Part shown: positions 10,790-22,163 of the stretch, in pieces
Numbering within the stretch: position 1 is the stretch's first letter
How the letters are laid out: each line of letters begins with the position of its first letter
Origin: an uncultured bacterium
Lineage (GTDB): Bacteria; Verrucomicrobiota; Verrucomicrobiia; Limisphaerales; UBA8199
Assembly (NCBI GenBank): GCA_963749495.1
Contig: CAVVMW010000004.1
Coordinates: 320,001 to 384,000 of the forward strand
Reading direction: 5' to 3'
DNA: 64,000 nucleotides
Program-made: the position numbers and the translations under genes
Notes under the pieces: generated by a model
Database searches by the model: none
The model's input: the letters and a program-made list of their open reading frames with translations, nothing else
Told to the model about the DNA's origin: nothing

Positions 10790-11456
10790 CCGTCAATTCA
10801 CTGCGGGATTGCGCGCCTTGGCTGCGTTTGGCACGTAGGGGGCTGCCGTCGTAGGCACTTCGACAGCCTTCCAGGACGTCATCAGCGGCCTGATCGGTCC
10901 GGCCCAACTGGCACCGGTCAAAGCGCAGGGCAAGAACGCGCCCGCTATTGAGCGATGCCAGGAGCTGCTGGCCCGCATCTGCGGCGGACGCGACGCGACG
11001 CGGATTCCCGGACTGGACGTGTATCTGGTGCTGCAAATTATGAGCGAAATCGGCACCGACATGACCTGCTGGAAAACCGAGAAACACCTCACTTCGTGGC
11101 TGGGATTGGCCGGTGGGCGCAAACAAAGCGGCAAACGCAAGGGCAGCGTCAAAGCCCATCGCAACCGGGCTGGGCGGATGTTTTGCGCAGCGGCGTGGTC
11201 GCTGGCACAAACTGTCAACAAGGCACTGGGTGGTTTCTAGCGGCGCTTGCGCGGACGAGTTGGAGGCTTGGCCGCCAACGTGCCACTGGCACGCAAGCTG
11301 GCCCTATTATTCTACCGGCTGCTGCGCTACGGGGCCGACTACGTTGAGAAAGGACTCAAAGCCTATGAAGCCAAAGTATTGGAAACCGAAGCGCGTTTGT
11401 TGCGGAAACTTGCTAAAAAGCAAGGGTTTACGCTCGTCCCAGCCAACCCCAATTGA
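10790..11456 (+). mobile_element. Degraded IS110-family transposase remnant
   Basis: IPGL...SEIGTDMT.WKTEKHLTSWLGL and ARKLALLFYRLLRYG.DYVEKG segments, with stops and frameshifts. Confidence 0.8.
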
Positions 11457-11531
11457 CCGCAGGTTCATGGGGAGCCCCCTTTGGCTTCTGCCAATGCATT
11501 GGGACCATGAACCGGTCAGGGGCCCGAGGCT

Positions 11532-11568
11532 GCGAAGCGTTTTGGACTGCGGCAGTCCTCTGCCGCTT
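11532..11568. repeat. REP-like half element, family C
   Basis: GCGTTTTGGACTGCGGCAGTCCTCTGCCGCTT shared with 19550-19640 and 33995-34082. Confidence 0.8.
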
Positions 11569-11585
11569 AACGAATGGACTAGCCC

Positions 11586-13235
11586 GTGAGAACCGTTATC
11601 CTGCCGCCGATGAGCCTGAGTCGTACGGTCTCCTGGGCGCGCCCGGCGCTCCGGGGTGTTGTCGTGCTATGGCTCGGCCTCGGGCTGAGCGGTCTTGCGG
11701 CGGGGGCCGGGTCCAAGCCCAATGTCCTGGTGATTGTGGCTGATGACTTGGGGTTTTCGGATTTGGGGTGTTATGGGGGGGAGATAGGGACGCCGAATTT
11801 GGACCGGCTGGCCAGGGATGGGCTTCGCTTCACGCAGTTCTACAACACAGCGCGGTGCTGGCCGTCGCGGGCGAGCATTCTCACCGGGTATTACGCGCAG
11901 CAGGTGCGGCGGGACGAGTTGCCAGGGGTGGGCGGCGGGGCCGGCGGCCGGCGGCCGGCCTGGGCGCGGCTGCTCCCCGAATACCTCAAGCCGCTGGGTT
12001 ACCGCTCGTATCTTTCCGGCAAGTGGCACGTGGACGGCCGCCCCTTGCAGAACGGATTTGATCGCGCCTTCGAATACAGCGACACCGATCATCATTTCTT
12101 GCTGACAAACCGGCTCGAGGCAGGCGCCGAGCCGTTGCAGCCGGTCCGTTCGGCAGAGGATTATTACGCGAGCACGGCGATTGCCGACCATGCCATTCGC
12201 CAACTCAGGGAGCACGCGGCCAATCATGCGGACCGTCCCTTCTTCGAATACGTTGCCTTTACAGAACCGCACTTCCCTCTGCAGGCGCGCCCGGAAGACA
12301 TCGCCCTCTACCGCGATCGTTACCTGGACGGCTGGGACGCCCTCCGGCAACAGCGCTGGGCGCGGATGACCGAGCTGGGGATCATCCAGTGCGTCCTCTC
12401 GAAACTCGACCCGGGCGTTTGGCCAAGCTGGAACCTGCCGGCCCAGGCCTTGCGCGAGCGAATCGGCCCCGGTGAAGCAGCCCGCGCTCTTTCCTGGGAC
12501 GCGTTAACGCCCCAACAGCGGGCCTTCCAGCCCGTCAAGATGGCCATCCACGCGGCCATGATCCATCGGGTGGACATCGAGGCCGGGCGCGTCCTGGAGC
12601 AACTCAAGGCGATGGGGGCGTTCGAGAATACGCTGGTTCTGTTCCTTTCGGACAACGGCGCCAGCGCGGAGCAGATGATTCGCGGGGACGGCCACGATCC
12701 CCTTGCGCCGCCGGGTTCGGCCCGGACGTTCCTCTGCCTGGGCCCCGGCTGGTCCAGCGCGGCCAACACCCCGCTCCGCCTGCACAAGTCCTGGGTACAC
12801 GAAGGGGGCATCTCCACGCCCCTGATCGTCCATTGGCCGCAAGGCATCTCCTGGCGGGGCCAATTGCGCCACAATCCCGGCCACCTGATTGACCTGGCGC
12901 CGACCATCCTCGAACTGGCCGGCGGCAAATGGCCCCAGACGCTTGCTGGCAAGCCCGTGCCGCCCCCGCCCGGCAAGAGCCTGGTGTCGGCGTTCGCTAC
13001 AGACGGCTCCGTGGCCCATGACTATTTCTGGTGGTTCCACGATGGCAACCGCGCCATCCGTGTGGGCGACTGGAAGCTCGTGGCCGACCATCGATCACCC
13101 TGGGAATTGTACGACCTGCGCCGGGATCGCGCCGAGTCGGAGAACCTGGCCGCACAACACCCGGACGAGGTCAAACACCTGGAACAGGAGTGGACAAACC
13201 ACATGGAGGAGTTCAGGGCGGTGAGCACAGAATAG
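11586..13235 (+). CDS. Arylsulfatase (Cys-type formylglycine sulfatase)
   Basis: DDLGFSD, CWPSRASILTG (CxPxR), GKWH, SDNGA and ELYDL motifs. Confidence 0.95.
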   Translation: MRTVILPPMSLSRTVSWARPALRGVVVLWLGLGLSGLAAGAGSKPNVLVIVADDLGFSDLGCYGGEIGTPNLDRLARDGLRFTQFYNTARCWPSRASILTGYYAQQVRRDELPGVGGGAGGRRPAWARLLPEYLKPLGYRSYLSGKWHVDGRPLQNGFDRAFEYSDTDHHFLLTNRLEAGAEPLQPVRSAEDYYASTAIADHAIRQLREHAANHADRPFFEYVAFTEPHFPLQARPEDIALYRDRYLDGWDALRQQRWARMTELGIIQCVLSKLDPGVWPSWNLPAQALRERIGPGEAARALSWDALTPQQRAFQPVKMAIHAAMIHRVDIEAGRVLEQLKAMGAFENTLVLFLSDNGASAEQMIRGDGHDPLAPPGSARTFLCLGPGWSSAANTPLRLHKSWVHEGGISTPLIVHWPQGISWRGQLRHNPGHLIDLAPTILELAGGKWPQTLAGKPVPPPPGKSLVSAFATDGSVAHDYFWWFHDGNRAIRVGDWKLVADHRSPWELYDLRRDRAESENLAAQHPDEVKHLEQEWTNHMEEFRAVSTE

Positions 13236-15402
13236 AGCATCCCGGATCGGTCATGGCCCGCTCGATTATCTTTGGCCAACGAGCCGCCGCGGATTTCTCG
13301 CAGACCAGCAGCAGGCTCAGGGCCTGGTCCGGCGAGACCTCGACGCGAATGAACTCCCCGTTCTTGCGGGCGGTGCTCGTCTCCAGGGTCTGCCAGCGGC
13401 CGTCGAGGATGTCACCGGTTAGGGTCATGGGCTCGGCCCAGGCAGCGGTCGAGCGCCACTCCACCCGTCCCGGTTGCAGCGGCAGGATCAGCAGGGCGCG
13501 CGAGCGGCGCACGTCCCGGCCATCCAGCGTGAAGACTATCCCGTGCGTTTCATCCAGCCCAATTCGCTGGTCTCCGAGCGCGCACGCGCCCTGAGTTTCG
13601 ATCGCGCGGATGGCGCCGGCTCCATCAAACCAGAGCAAGGCGGGCCGGTGGCGGGCCACCGTTACCGTGGCCGGAGGTTTCTCGTCCCCGATGGTCAAGG
13701 TTCGCTCGGGCTGGGTCTCGTCCATGTTGAATAGGAGATAGTAAATGAGGCCGGGCACGCCGGCGTAGCGCCCGGCGAAGTCGCAGCACCAGGCGCGCTG
13801 GGCAGCAAGGTCGGTGTCGCTCGCGGCGGCGTTGCAGCCGATGAGCAGGCCGGGGAAATAGACCTGGCCGTATTTCTGCGCGAGTTGAACGATGCCGTCC
13901 ACTTTCCGTAGCAACGGTTCCTGCGCCGCCGGCGGGCGGGGCAGGCCGAACTGCAGGTTCTCGTAGAGCATCACGCCCAGGTCGCGGCGCTGGCGCATGT
14001 CGCGCAACCACTGGAGCGGCGTCTCGCGCGCGGAGTTGAAGACGTAGCCCCAGTCGTCGGTGCCGAAGAGGAACAGGGGCCGCTTGCCGAAGCGCAGGTA
14101 GTTGTCGCGATAGGCCAGCTTGGGGCCGGAGCGGAGGACATTGGGGTCCTGCACGACGAAACCGCTTTCGATCCGATCCACCTCATTCGTGCCGTCCCAG
14201 AGGCGGGCGAGCAAATAGTAGAAGTCCGCCGCAAACCGGGGCGGTTTCCATTGGCCCGTGACCAGGTTGGTCTGGTGCGGCAGGGCGTGGACGGCGAAGC
14301 TGAGGTTGGTTGCCAGGCGGCTGAGGGCAGGAGAGGACAGGGCCGTCTCACCGGGGTAGATTTCGAGGCCGATGCGGAGTTCCCGCCGGTTCCGGCCGCC
14401 GTTGAACACGGGGATGAAGAACTTCACGGCTTCACCTTGCCGGTAACACGAATGCTCGGTTGTCAGCGAGGCGAAGAAGACATCGCGCGTGAGCGAACGA
14501 ACGATGCTCACGAAGGCCTCGGCCATGGCGGGCTGCCCCGGCGCGAACAGGTCGCGGTTGGTCACGCCGAAAAACGCCCAACTGGAACCCGCCCATCGCC
14601 CGGCATAGTGGCGGAGCATCGCGCCGGCGGCGCCGCGCAGGCGGCCGAAACTGTCATAGGCATTGATGAGTGGGACCCAGCGCGCCTCGTCCGCGCCCAC
14701 CACGCCGCAGGCCGCCCAGCCTTCGAGCGGGCCATCGAGTCGAAGCGCCGGGTCGAGGATGGTCTGTGCTGGCGCTGTGGCCAGCGAGCGCGCGCGTTCG
14801 AGCGGGTAGTCCGCCTGGAACACGCCCAACTGGGTCGGCTCGGTCTCGAGGCCGTCTTCGGGACGCCCGTGCCGCGTGTTGAGCCGCTCGTAGAACCACG
14901 CCACGCCCTCGAGCGCGGGCGGAGTGGGCGGCCGGTGTGCAGTCCAGCCGTTGGGGGTTCGCTCGAGCAGGTTGTCGAAGGCATACCCGCCCGTGCTGAA
15001 GAACTTTCCCCCGGCGTGGAGGAAGGCGCGGAAGTTGTCCGCCGCGCTCACCGGGAAGCTTGCGCCATAGGGCAGGACCAGTACGTCGAAGCGGTCGTGA
15101 TTGAGTTCGCGTGCGTCGGCAAGTTGGGCGCTGGCCAGGAAGGTCGGGGCAAAGCCGGCGCGTTGGAGGATGGCGGCCAGGTAATCCGGGGATGAAGGTG
15201 CGCCCGAGGCCGGGATGTCTTCCTTGAAGATGGCGATGTGGGCTTGGGGTTCGGCCCCCCGCGCCGTGGGGCTGCAATGAACCACGACGCCGAGGATCAG
15301 GGCCCGGAGCAGCCGAGCGGCGAAATCCGCGAATGGGCGGCGACGATTATCGGAAATCGTGGGAACCTCAAGCTTGCAGGGGCTGAACATCGAGCCGCGC
15401 AC
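13213..15402 (-). CDS. Large secreted hypothetical protein with GATase-like and glycoside-hydrolase-like segments, possibly internally deleted
   Basis: Signal-peptide-like region, DVLVLPYGASFP, PLFLFGTDDW; long ORF; start uncertain. Confidence 0.6.
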   Translation of the reverse strand: MRGSMFSPCKLEVPTISDNRRRPFADFAARLLRALILGVVVHCSPTARGAEPQAHIAIFKEDIPASGAPSSPDYLAAILQRAGFAPTFLASAQLADARELNHDRFDVLVLPYGASFPVSAADNFRAFLHAGGKFFSTGGYAFDNLLERTPNGWTAHRPPTPPALEGVAWFYERLNTRHGRPEDGLETEPTQLGVFQADYPLERARSLATAPAQTILDPALRLDGPLEGWAACGVVGADEARWVPLINAYDSFGRLRGAAGAMLRHYAGRWAGSSWAFFGVTNRDLFAPGQPAMAEAFVSIVRSLTRDVFFASLTTEHSCYRQGEAVKFFIPVFNGGRNRRELRIGLEIYPGETALSSPALSRLATNLSFAVHALPHQTNLVTGQWKPPRFAADFYYLLARLWDGTNEVDRIESGFVVQDPNVLRSGPKLAYRDNYLRFGKRPLFLFGTDDWGYVFNSARETPLQWLRDMRQRRDLGVMLYENLQFGLPRPPAAQEPLLRKVDGIVQLAQKYGQVYFPGLLIGCNAAASDTDLAAQRAWCCDFAGRYAGVPGLIYYLLFNMDETQPERTLTIGDEKPPATVTVARHRPALLWFDGAGAIRAIETQGACALGDQRIGLDETHGIVFTLDGRDVRRSRALLILPLQPGRVEWRSTAAWAEPMTLTGDILDGRWQTLETSTARKNGEFIRVEVSPDQALSLLLVCEKSAAARWPKIIERAMTDPGCSILCSPP

Positions 15403-15420
15403 CGAGTTGCAGAGTCCGTG

Positions 15421-15621
15421 TTAAACGGTCACAAATTCCAACGCCCGGAGATTCAGTTCCGGGGCACGCTCGGAGAGGTGCAGGATTTCTACGCCGACGA
15501 CATGCTGGTGCTCGTCGAAGTCCAGCACGACGCCGGGCGACACTTCTTCCGACTCGACAATCTTCGACTGGTCGAGGCGCAGGTAAAGCGCATCGGCCTT
15601 CTGGTCCACGTGCAGTTTCAT
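15421..15621 (-). CDS. DUF2283 family small protein
   Basis: DQKADALYLRL...ESEEVSPGVVLDFD...VVGVEIL. Confidence 0.9.
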   Translation of the reverse strand: MKLHVDQKADALYLRLDQSKIVESEEVSPGVVLDFDEHQHVVGVEILHLSERAPELNLRALEFVTV

Positions 15622-15854
15622 AGCTCATCCCCTGGAACCGGGGGAACGCCGGGCGATGCGTCGAGGAACGCCAGGAAATCCTCGCGCTTGGCGCCAGCGG
15701 CCCGCCGGCGGAGGTGCTCGACGGTGATCAGCGCACTAAGCTTCTCCGCAGCCGCGGAGGAGAGCAACTGGTTAACGGTTACCCCTTCCTTGGCCGCCCA
15801 TTCGCGGAGTTGGCGGGCCAGGCTTTCGGGCATCTGGATGGTCAGCGTGCTCAT
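15618..15854 (-). CDS. CopG/HicB-like RHH antitoxin
   Basis: MSTLTIQMPESL...AKEGVTVNQLLSSAAAEKLSAL...VPPVPGDEL. Confidence 0.85.
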   Translation of the reverse strand: MSTLTIQMPESLARQLREWAAKEGVTVNQLLSSAAAEKLSALITVEHLRRRAAGAKREDFLAFLDASPGVPPVPGDEL

Positions 15855-15872
15855 TTTTGCTTCTCGTCCATC

Positions 15873-18800
15873 TCACTGCACTGGGCGTAGCGGGCGGGGC
15901 TGGATGGGAGGAGCGGGGCGGAGGTCGCGGGGCTCTTTGGCGATTTGTTTCAGGAGGTAATCGATGGCGTAATCGAGTTGCACGTCTTTGCCGTGGAGCA
16001 GGCCGTCCGGCTCGAGGTCCAGTTCCACGTCCGGGTCAACGCCATGGCCTTCGATAATCCAGGCCGTGCCTTTGGGGTCCCAGCCGCCGAACTCCGGTTG
16101 CGTGAGCATGCCGCCGTCGCGCAGCGGCTTGTCGCCGCGGATGCCGACCCAGCCGCCCCAAGTGCGCGTGCCGATGACCGGACCGAGTTTGAATTGCTTG
16201 AAGCCCAGGGCGAAGGTCTCGCAATCGCTGCCGCCCTGCCGGTTGATGAGCGCGGCCATGTAACCGCTGAAGGCGCGCGGCGGCTCGGTGTCAACGTTCC
16301 CATAGCGGGTGCCTGTGACGGCCAGGATCTTGCGATCCAGGTGGGCGAGGATCATCGGGGCGACGAACCCGCCGTGGTTCCAGCGGTCGTCCATAATCAG
16401 GCCGCGCTTGCGCCATTGGGGCGGATAATCGCGGGCGAACTGGCGCAGGCCCCGCCCTTGCATATCATAGAGGTGGATGTAGCCGATCTGGCCGTTGCTT
16501 TTCCTGTCCACGTACTCACGGTTCTCGCGGACCCAATCGGCGTAACGGACGCGCGTGTCGTCGCCGACGGTCTTGACGATGATACGGCGCGCCTTGTCGA
16601 GGGAGGGCGTGTCATTGATCGACAGCTCGACCTCCTGGCCGGCGCGATTGGCCAGGCGCTTCAGATAGTCCTCGCCCTTGACGAGCGGTTTGCCGTCGAT
16701 GGCCACCAGCCATTGGCCGGGGCTGATGCGCAGGTCCGGGCGCGCCAGCGGGGAGGTCCAGTTGGGCATGGGGAAATCCCCGCGATAGATTTTTTGGATT
16801 TGCCAGAAGCCGGTGGCCGGGTCGTAGCGCAAATCGGCGGCCAGCAAACCGGTGCCTATTCTCTTGCCGGAACGGATGTCGCCGCCGCCGTGATAGGCGT
16901 GGCTGACGTTGAGTTCGCCGAACATCTCGCCGAGGCAATCAGCCAGGTCCCCGCGCGAGGCGATGCGATCGGCCAGGGAGCCGTATTGCTTCCATACCCC
17001 CTCCCAATCGACGCCGTGCATGTTGGGGTCGTAAAAGAAGTCCCGCTGCAGGCGCCAGGCCTCGTGGAGCATCTGCTTCCATTCCTGGCGCGGATTGACG
17101 GAGAGCGACCAGCCGGAGAGATCGATTTTGGCCTCTTTGGCCTCGTCGTCTTTGGGTGCGGCTGTGGCCCCGGCCTCCAGGCGCGTGAAGCCGTCCTTGG
17201 TCTGGTACACCAGGACCTTGCGGTCCAGGGAGAGGGCGTAGTCCTTCACGCCGGCGGTGACGGTGGAAAGCTTTTCCTTTTCGATGTCGTAGGTCTGGAG
17301 CTCGGCGGCGTGGTCCTCCTCGGGGTCTCCTTCGCCATAGGGCATCATCCCGCGGTTGGGCGCCTTGAGCCAGTGCAATTTGTCTCCTGCCGCGGTCAGG
17401 TCGGAGTAATTGCCCGGGGCGACCGGCACCTGGACGAAGCGATCCACCAGGCCGTCAAAATCAATTCGGATGGGTTCCACCTTTCTTCGTCCTTGGGCTT
17501 CGAATCCTTGGCTTTGTCTTTGTCGCCGCTCTTGTCGGCATCCTTATTCTTGTCCTTGGGGCTCTCGGGAGCGATGTCCCCGCGGGGGGCGAATGGCAGC
17601 GGGGTCTCGGCCTGAAGAGCCAGGACGCACGGGACTGTGGCCTCGTTGACGATGAACCGGGCCTCGGATCGGTCGAGGAACGGGTTGATATAGCGGTCCG
17701 AGAGAAAGTAGAGGTGCTTGCCCTTTGCATCCCAGGCGGGAGACGAGGAATTGTAGGCCGGCTCGGTTGCGGGGTAGCTGCGCCTGGCCTGGGAATCCCA
17801 GATTCGCACCTGGGCGAAGAGGTTTGGCTGCACGGCTTCATAGGCCAAATACCGGCTATCCGGCGACCAGACGTAATGGTTGATCTCCCATTCGGCGCGG
17901 TCCACGGTCAAGCTCTCGCCGGTGGACGCATCGGTCACGCGCAGGCGATAGGTCTGGTCGCCCCAGGCCAGGCGTTTGCCGTCCGGGGACCAGGCCGGGC
18001 GGAAATGCCAGCCGGGCGGCATCGTGCCGATTTGCCGGGGCGGTTGGGAATTGTCCGCTGAGTGCAACAGGAGCTGCTCCTCCCCGTTCACCTCCGTCCA
18101 TGCCGCCACGCTCGTGCCGTCGGGCGAAAAGGCGGGGAACTTGGTGCGGGCGGCGCTGCTCTGGGTAAGCTGGCGAATCAGGCCCTTCTTTTTGGTGCGC
18201 GTGACAAAGAGATCGCCGCGGGTCTCCAGCACGATGCGCTCGCCGTCCTTGGAGAGGGCCCAGGCCGCGAGCCGGGCTGTGGGGTCCACGAACTTCTCGC
18301 GCACTTGCAGGCGGTCGCTCGGGAGCTGAATCGGCACCAGATGGTTCTCGGCCGTGGCAAGGTCATAAACCCAGAGGTCCATCTTGTGTTGATAGACGAC
18401 CTTGCCCTCGCCCATCGAGGGCCAGCGCACGTCATAGTCCTCAAACCGGGTCAGGCGCCTGGCATCGCTGCCGTCGGGATTCATCGAGGCGAGGTTGGGC
18501 CGGCCCCAGCGGTCGGTGACGAAATAGATGCGCCCGTCCGGGGCCCACATCGGAAAGGCGTTCTTGCCGTCGTAATGCGTCACCTCGACGAACTTGCCGT
18601 CCTGGAGGGTGCCGACGTAGATCTTCTCGGCCTCGCCGCCCTTGTAGCGTTTCCAGTTGTGGAATTCGAGGCCGAGCTTCTGGAAGGCGACGCGCTCGCC
18701 GTTGGGCTCGAAGCTAATCCAGGCGGCGGGTTCCAATGGGATCAACGCCGGCAAGCCGCCCTCCGGGGCGATCTTGTAGATGCGAAAGTCGTTGTTGGGC

Positions 18801-19204
18801 GTGTCGCGCCGGCTCCGAAACAGGATCTTGCCCTCGGGACTCCAGCCCAGGGCCTGGTCGGGCGCGGGATGGAACGTGAGGCGGACCGGTTCGCCGCCGG
18901 AGGCGTTCATGACATAGACATCGTCGTTGCCTTCGTACTGGGCGGTGAAGGCGAGGAGGCGGCCGTCGGGGGAGAGTTTGGGAAAGGCCTCTTCGCCTTC
19001 ATAGGCCGTAAGCCGCATGGCGACGCCGCCGGCCAGTGGCACCTTCCAGAGGTCGCCCTCGGCGGCGAAGACAATCGCCCCGCCGCCGATGCTGGGATAT
19101 CGATAAAAGCCATCGGGCAGCGTCTCGGCAGCCGCGGCGGCAACGCCGCGCGAGCACAGCAAAGCAACAGACAGAGCCAGACAAGCCTTTGAGGTGATTT
19201 GCAT
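15873..19204 (-). CDS. Tricorn protease (S41 family), frameshift near 17482
   Basis: Signal peptide, PD40 propellers, WKRYKGG, PDZ, IGYIHL, GSDCE catalytic Ser, RTWGG and GHGVDPD. Confidence 0.95.
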
Positions 19205-19394
19205 GGGTGTAACGTATAGCCCTTTTTGGTCGCAGCGCAAGACCCCAGCGCCTCAGCGCGCCGCGGCCCATTCGGGCGATTCAGGAATCGCACGACCAGC
19301 AGTGCGGACAACCTCGTCGGCGCGTTTCTTCCATGGGGGTTCCACACACGCGGACGAGGGCGTCTGCGCTCGTGTCCTGAATCGGGTCTGGCCG

Positions 19395-19789
19395 CGGCCC
19401 AAAGGGCCGCCAGAACCTAGCCCAGGGCTGAGGCCGTCAGGCCGATGCCCTGGGTTGCGCCCAAGCCGCTGGCTCGCGCCCTGAAAGAATCCCCCAAACG
19501 AATTCGCGCTTTGCGCCCCTGAACTTCGACGTTGCGTCCCCGTCCCGCGTAGCGTTTTGGACTGCGGCAGTCCTCTGCCGCTTTTGTGTCCCCTCGCTGC
19601 CGGCGCGAAAGCGGCAGAGGACTGCCGCAGTCCAAAACCTTCGGACTTGGTGTCGGTTCCTGGGGAGGGCGCCAGAGCCTAAGCCTCTGGCGCCCTTTCA
19701 GGGCGCGCCTAATCCTCCGAGGGCATGTTCCCAGGGCATCGGCCTGACGGCCTCAGCCCTGGGCTAGGTTCTGCCGGCCCTTTGGGCCG
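19395..19789. repeat. Composite REPIN: family B outer arms with nested family C doublet (19550-19640)
   Basis: GCCCAAAGGGCC..AGCCCAGGGCTGAGGCCGTCAGGCCGATGCCCTGGG and its reverse complement; inner TTTTGGACTGCGGCAGTCCTCTGCCGCTTT inverted pair. Confidence 0.9.
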
Positions 19790-20002
19790 GGCACGAGCCT
19801 CGCGGATGATGTCGCGCAGCCGGTCGAACTTGCCCGCCTGCCGATCAGCCTCAGCCTCCGCGGACAATTCGTGCCAAAGCCGTTCCTTCTCCACGTGCAA
19901 CAGAAGGCGGTGGAGCAAGAGCAGGCTCTCATCATCCATGGTTTCAATCCGTCGGATGATCTCGGGTCGCAGTTTCTGTGGCTCTAAGACCGTGATGCCC
20001 AT
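19709..20002 (-). CDS. Small antitoxin-like hypothetical protein; 3' end runs into the REP arm
   Basis: MGITVLEPQKLRPEIIRRIETMDDESL...LWHELSAEAEADRQAGKFD helical small protein; codons after REARAR come from the repeat. Confidence 0.55.
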   Translation of the reverse strand: MGITVLEPQKLRPEIIRRIETMDDESLLLLHRLLLHVEKERLWHELSAEAEADRQAGKFDRLRDIIREARARPKGPAEPSPGLRPSGRCPGNMPSED

Positions 20003-20066
20003 GAGAAAACTATGGGCCAAGCTGCCAGACAAAGCCAGTCGTTTTTCGTGCTTGGTTGTGCTGCCG

Positions 20067-20237
20067 GCGCATCCCGACACCGCCCCGGAGTGCGCCCGTC
20101 CCCGGGCGCAGCAGCGAGGGAGCGGGCGGGCGCGCCGGAGTACTTGACCGCTGCCCTGGCTGCGGACGTCGCTGCGCCCGAGGACGGGCGCACTCCGGTC
20201 CGGCCCCCGGCGGTCGGGGCGGTGTCGCGATACGCGC
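20067..20237. repeat. REPIN-like element, family D
   Basis: GGAGTGCGCCCGTCCCCGGGCGCAG...CTGCGCCCGAGGACGGGCGCACTCC with outer arms; homologue at 47218-47387. Confidence 0.9.
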
Positions 20238-20243
20238 AATCCG

Positions 20244-20455
20244 TCAGTGAAGGCGGCAACGGAGTCCCCCGGCGAACCCCTCACCCCAGCCCTCTCCCCT
20301 TCGGAAGGGGAGAGGGAGGATTCTCGGCAGCGGCTTGAGAAGACCGAGACGCCTGGAATTCTCAGAGACTGCCGACACTTCTCCCTCTCCCCTTCGGAAG
20401 GGGAGAGGGTCGGGGTGAGGGGTATGCCCCGGGGTGCCACCCCCGCCTTCACTGA
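20244..20455. repeat. REPIN-like element, family E
   Basis: CCCTCACCCCAGCCCTCTCCCCTTCGGAAGGGGAGAGGG inverted pair inside TCAGTGAAGGCGG/CCGCCTTCACTGA arms. Confidence 0.9.
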
Positions 20456-20521
20456 GGCCTCATGGATACGCCCTGGTGTTGCTTGCATTGAACACCCCGG
20501 CGTCGATAGAATGACGGCTGA

Positions 20522-21643
20522 ATGAACGCAATTCCTTTCAACGGCCAATTCTTGAGGCTCGGGAAGTATTCGCTCGGGGTGGGGGATCGGTTTGCGCAAC
20601 AGGCGCGGGCCCAACTCCGGGCCTGCCTCATGGCGGCTGAGAGGGGCGCGCAGGTCGTGCCGGTCTGGAACAAATCCAACCGGGAGCACCTGATTGTCGG
20701 TTCGGAGCCGGGCAGCACCAGGGCAGCGGCGGATGTGGCCGTCCAGGCCCTGGGGTGGACGTTGCCCTACCATGTGGATGCCGACCATATCCGCCTGGAG
20801 ACGGTGGACCGGTTCGTGCCGCACTCGGATTTCTACACGATCGACGTCGCCGACTGGATCGGGCGGGCGGCCGGGGCAGACGCGATTGCGGCCTTCGTGG
20901 GCCGGCACCCGGAGCTGGCCGGACGGCTGGATGTGCCTGGGATGGGGCAGCCGTTGACGGCGACGCGCGACGAGGTTGAGCGCAGCGCAGCCAAATATCT
21001 GCTGGCCGTGCGCGAGGCCGGGAAGGTGTACCGGCATATCGCTCAGGTGAAGGCCCCGAAGCCGTTCATCACCGAGGTGTCGATGGACGAGACCGACAGC
21101 CCGCAGAATCCGCGGGAGTTGCTCGTCATTTTGGCGGCGTTGGCGGACGAAGCCATCCCGGCCCAGACCATCGCGCCCAAGTTCACGGGGCGCTTCAACA
21201 AGGGCGTTGATTATGTGGGCGACATCGCCCAATTCGAGAAGGAGTTCAACCAAGACCTGGCGGTCATCGCCTGGGGCGTCAACCGTTATGGGCTGCCTCC
21301 AACGCTCAAGCTGAGCGTCCATTCCGGGAGTGACAAGTTCTCGCTCTACGCCCCAATGCGGCGCGCTCTCCAACGGTTCGGGGCGGGCCTGCACCTCAAG
21401 ACGGCGGGCACCACCTGGCTGGAGGAAGTGACCGGCCTGGCGGAGGCGGGTGGCGACGGCCTGGCGCTGGCCAAGGAGATCTATTGTGAGGCCGTGGCGC
21501 ACGTGGACGAATTGTGCGCGCCCTACGCCGCGGTGATCGATATTGACCGGGCCAGGCTGCCCACCGCGCAGAGCGTCAAGGGTTGGAGCGCCCAACAATA
21601 CACGGGGGCGCTGCGGCATGACCGGAAGAACCCGGCCAACTAA
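20522..21643 (+). pseudogene. uxaE: 3'-truncated duplicate of tagaturonate/fructuronate epimerase
   Basis: Near-identical to 26198-27475 up to about nt 21632, then a stop; 52 aa shorter. Confidence 0.88.
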
Positions 21644-22163
21644 CTCGCACGGTATGAGAATGGGACTCCCCTGGGCGCGTGGGGCATGCCATGGTGGGGT
21701 TCGGGCACCCACAGTTCATGTTAAACAGGATCGCCTTTTCGAGACGCCGTGCTGCGGCCGTAGGCCGCCAGTATGGCGCAACGAGCGGAAACTCGCGGCA
21801 CCACCGGGCCGGCCAGAGGCGGAAAGACCTAGGTTGGAGCAGACTCTCGCCGCGTCGAAGGAAACCGTCAGGCGCGCCGCCACGAACGCGGTTTTTATGC
21901 TCCTGGGCCTGGGGCGGAGCCCGAGCGGGCTAGATTTCGGCCTCGCGATCGGTGGCTTCCACAGTTTTTAGGGCTGAGCCGCCCGGCCGGGGCCCGGGGC
22001 TGACGGCTCTCACGAAGGGGAGTAATGCCCAGATCAGCTATGCGGCAGTTACGCGTGCGCTGGACCCCGAGCCCGAAGTGAGGACGCCTACGGCGGCGGG
22101 GCTCCACCTGCTGTGCGACGCCACCCGAAGCGGCACTCTCGCTGCTGCGGCAGTTCTACTTGG

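Noticed and set aside
21644..22160. Possible ncRNA or hidden gene in the 0.5-kb gap after truncated uxaE
   Set aside because: No recognisable RNA motif or credible ORF by eye; would need an Rfam/Infernal search
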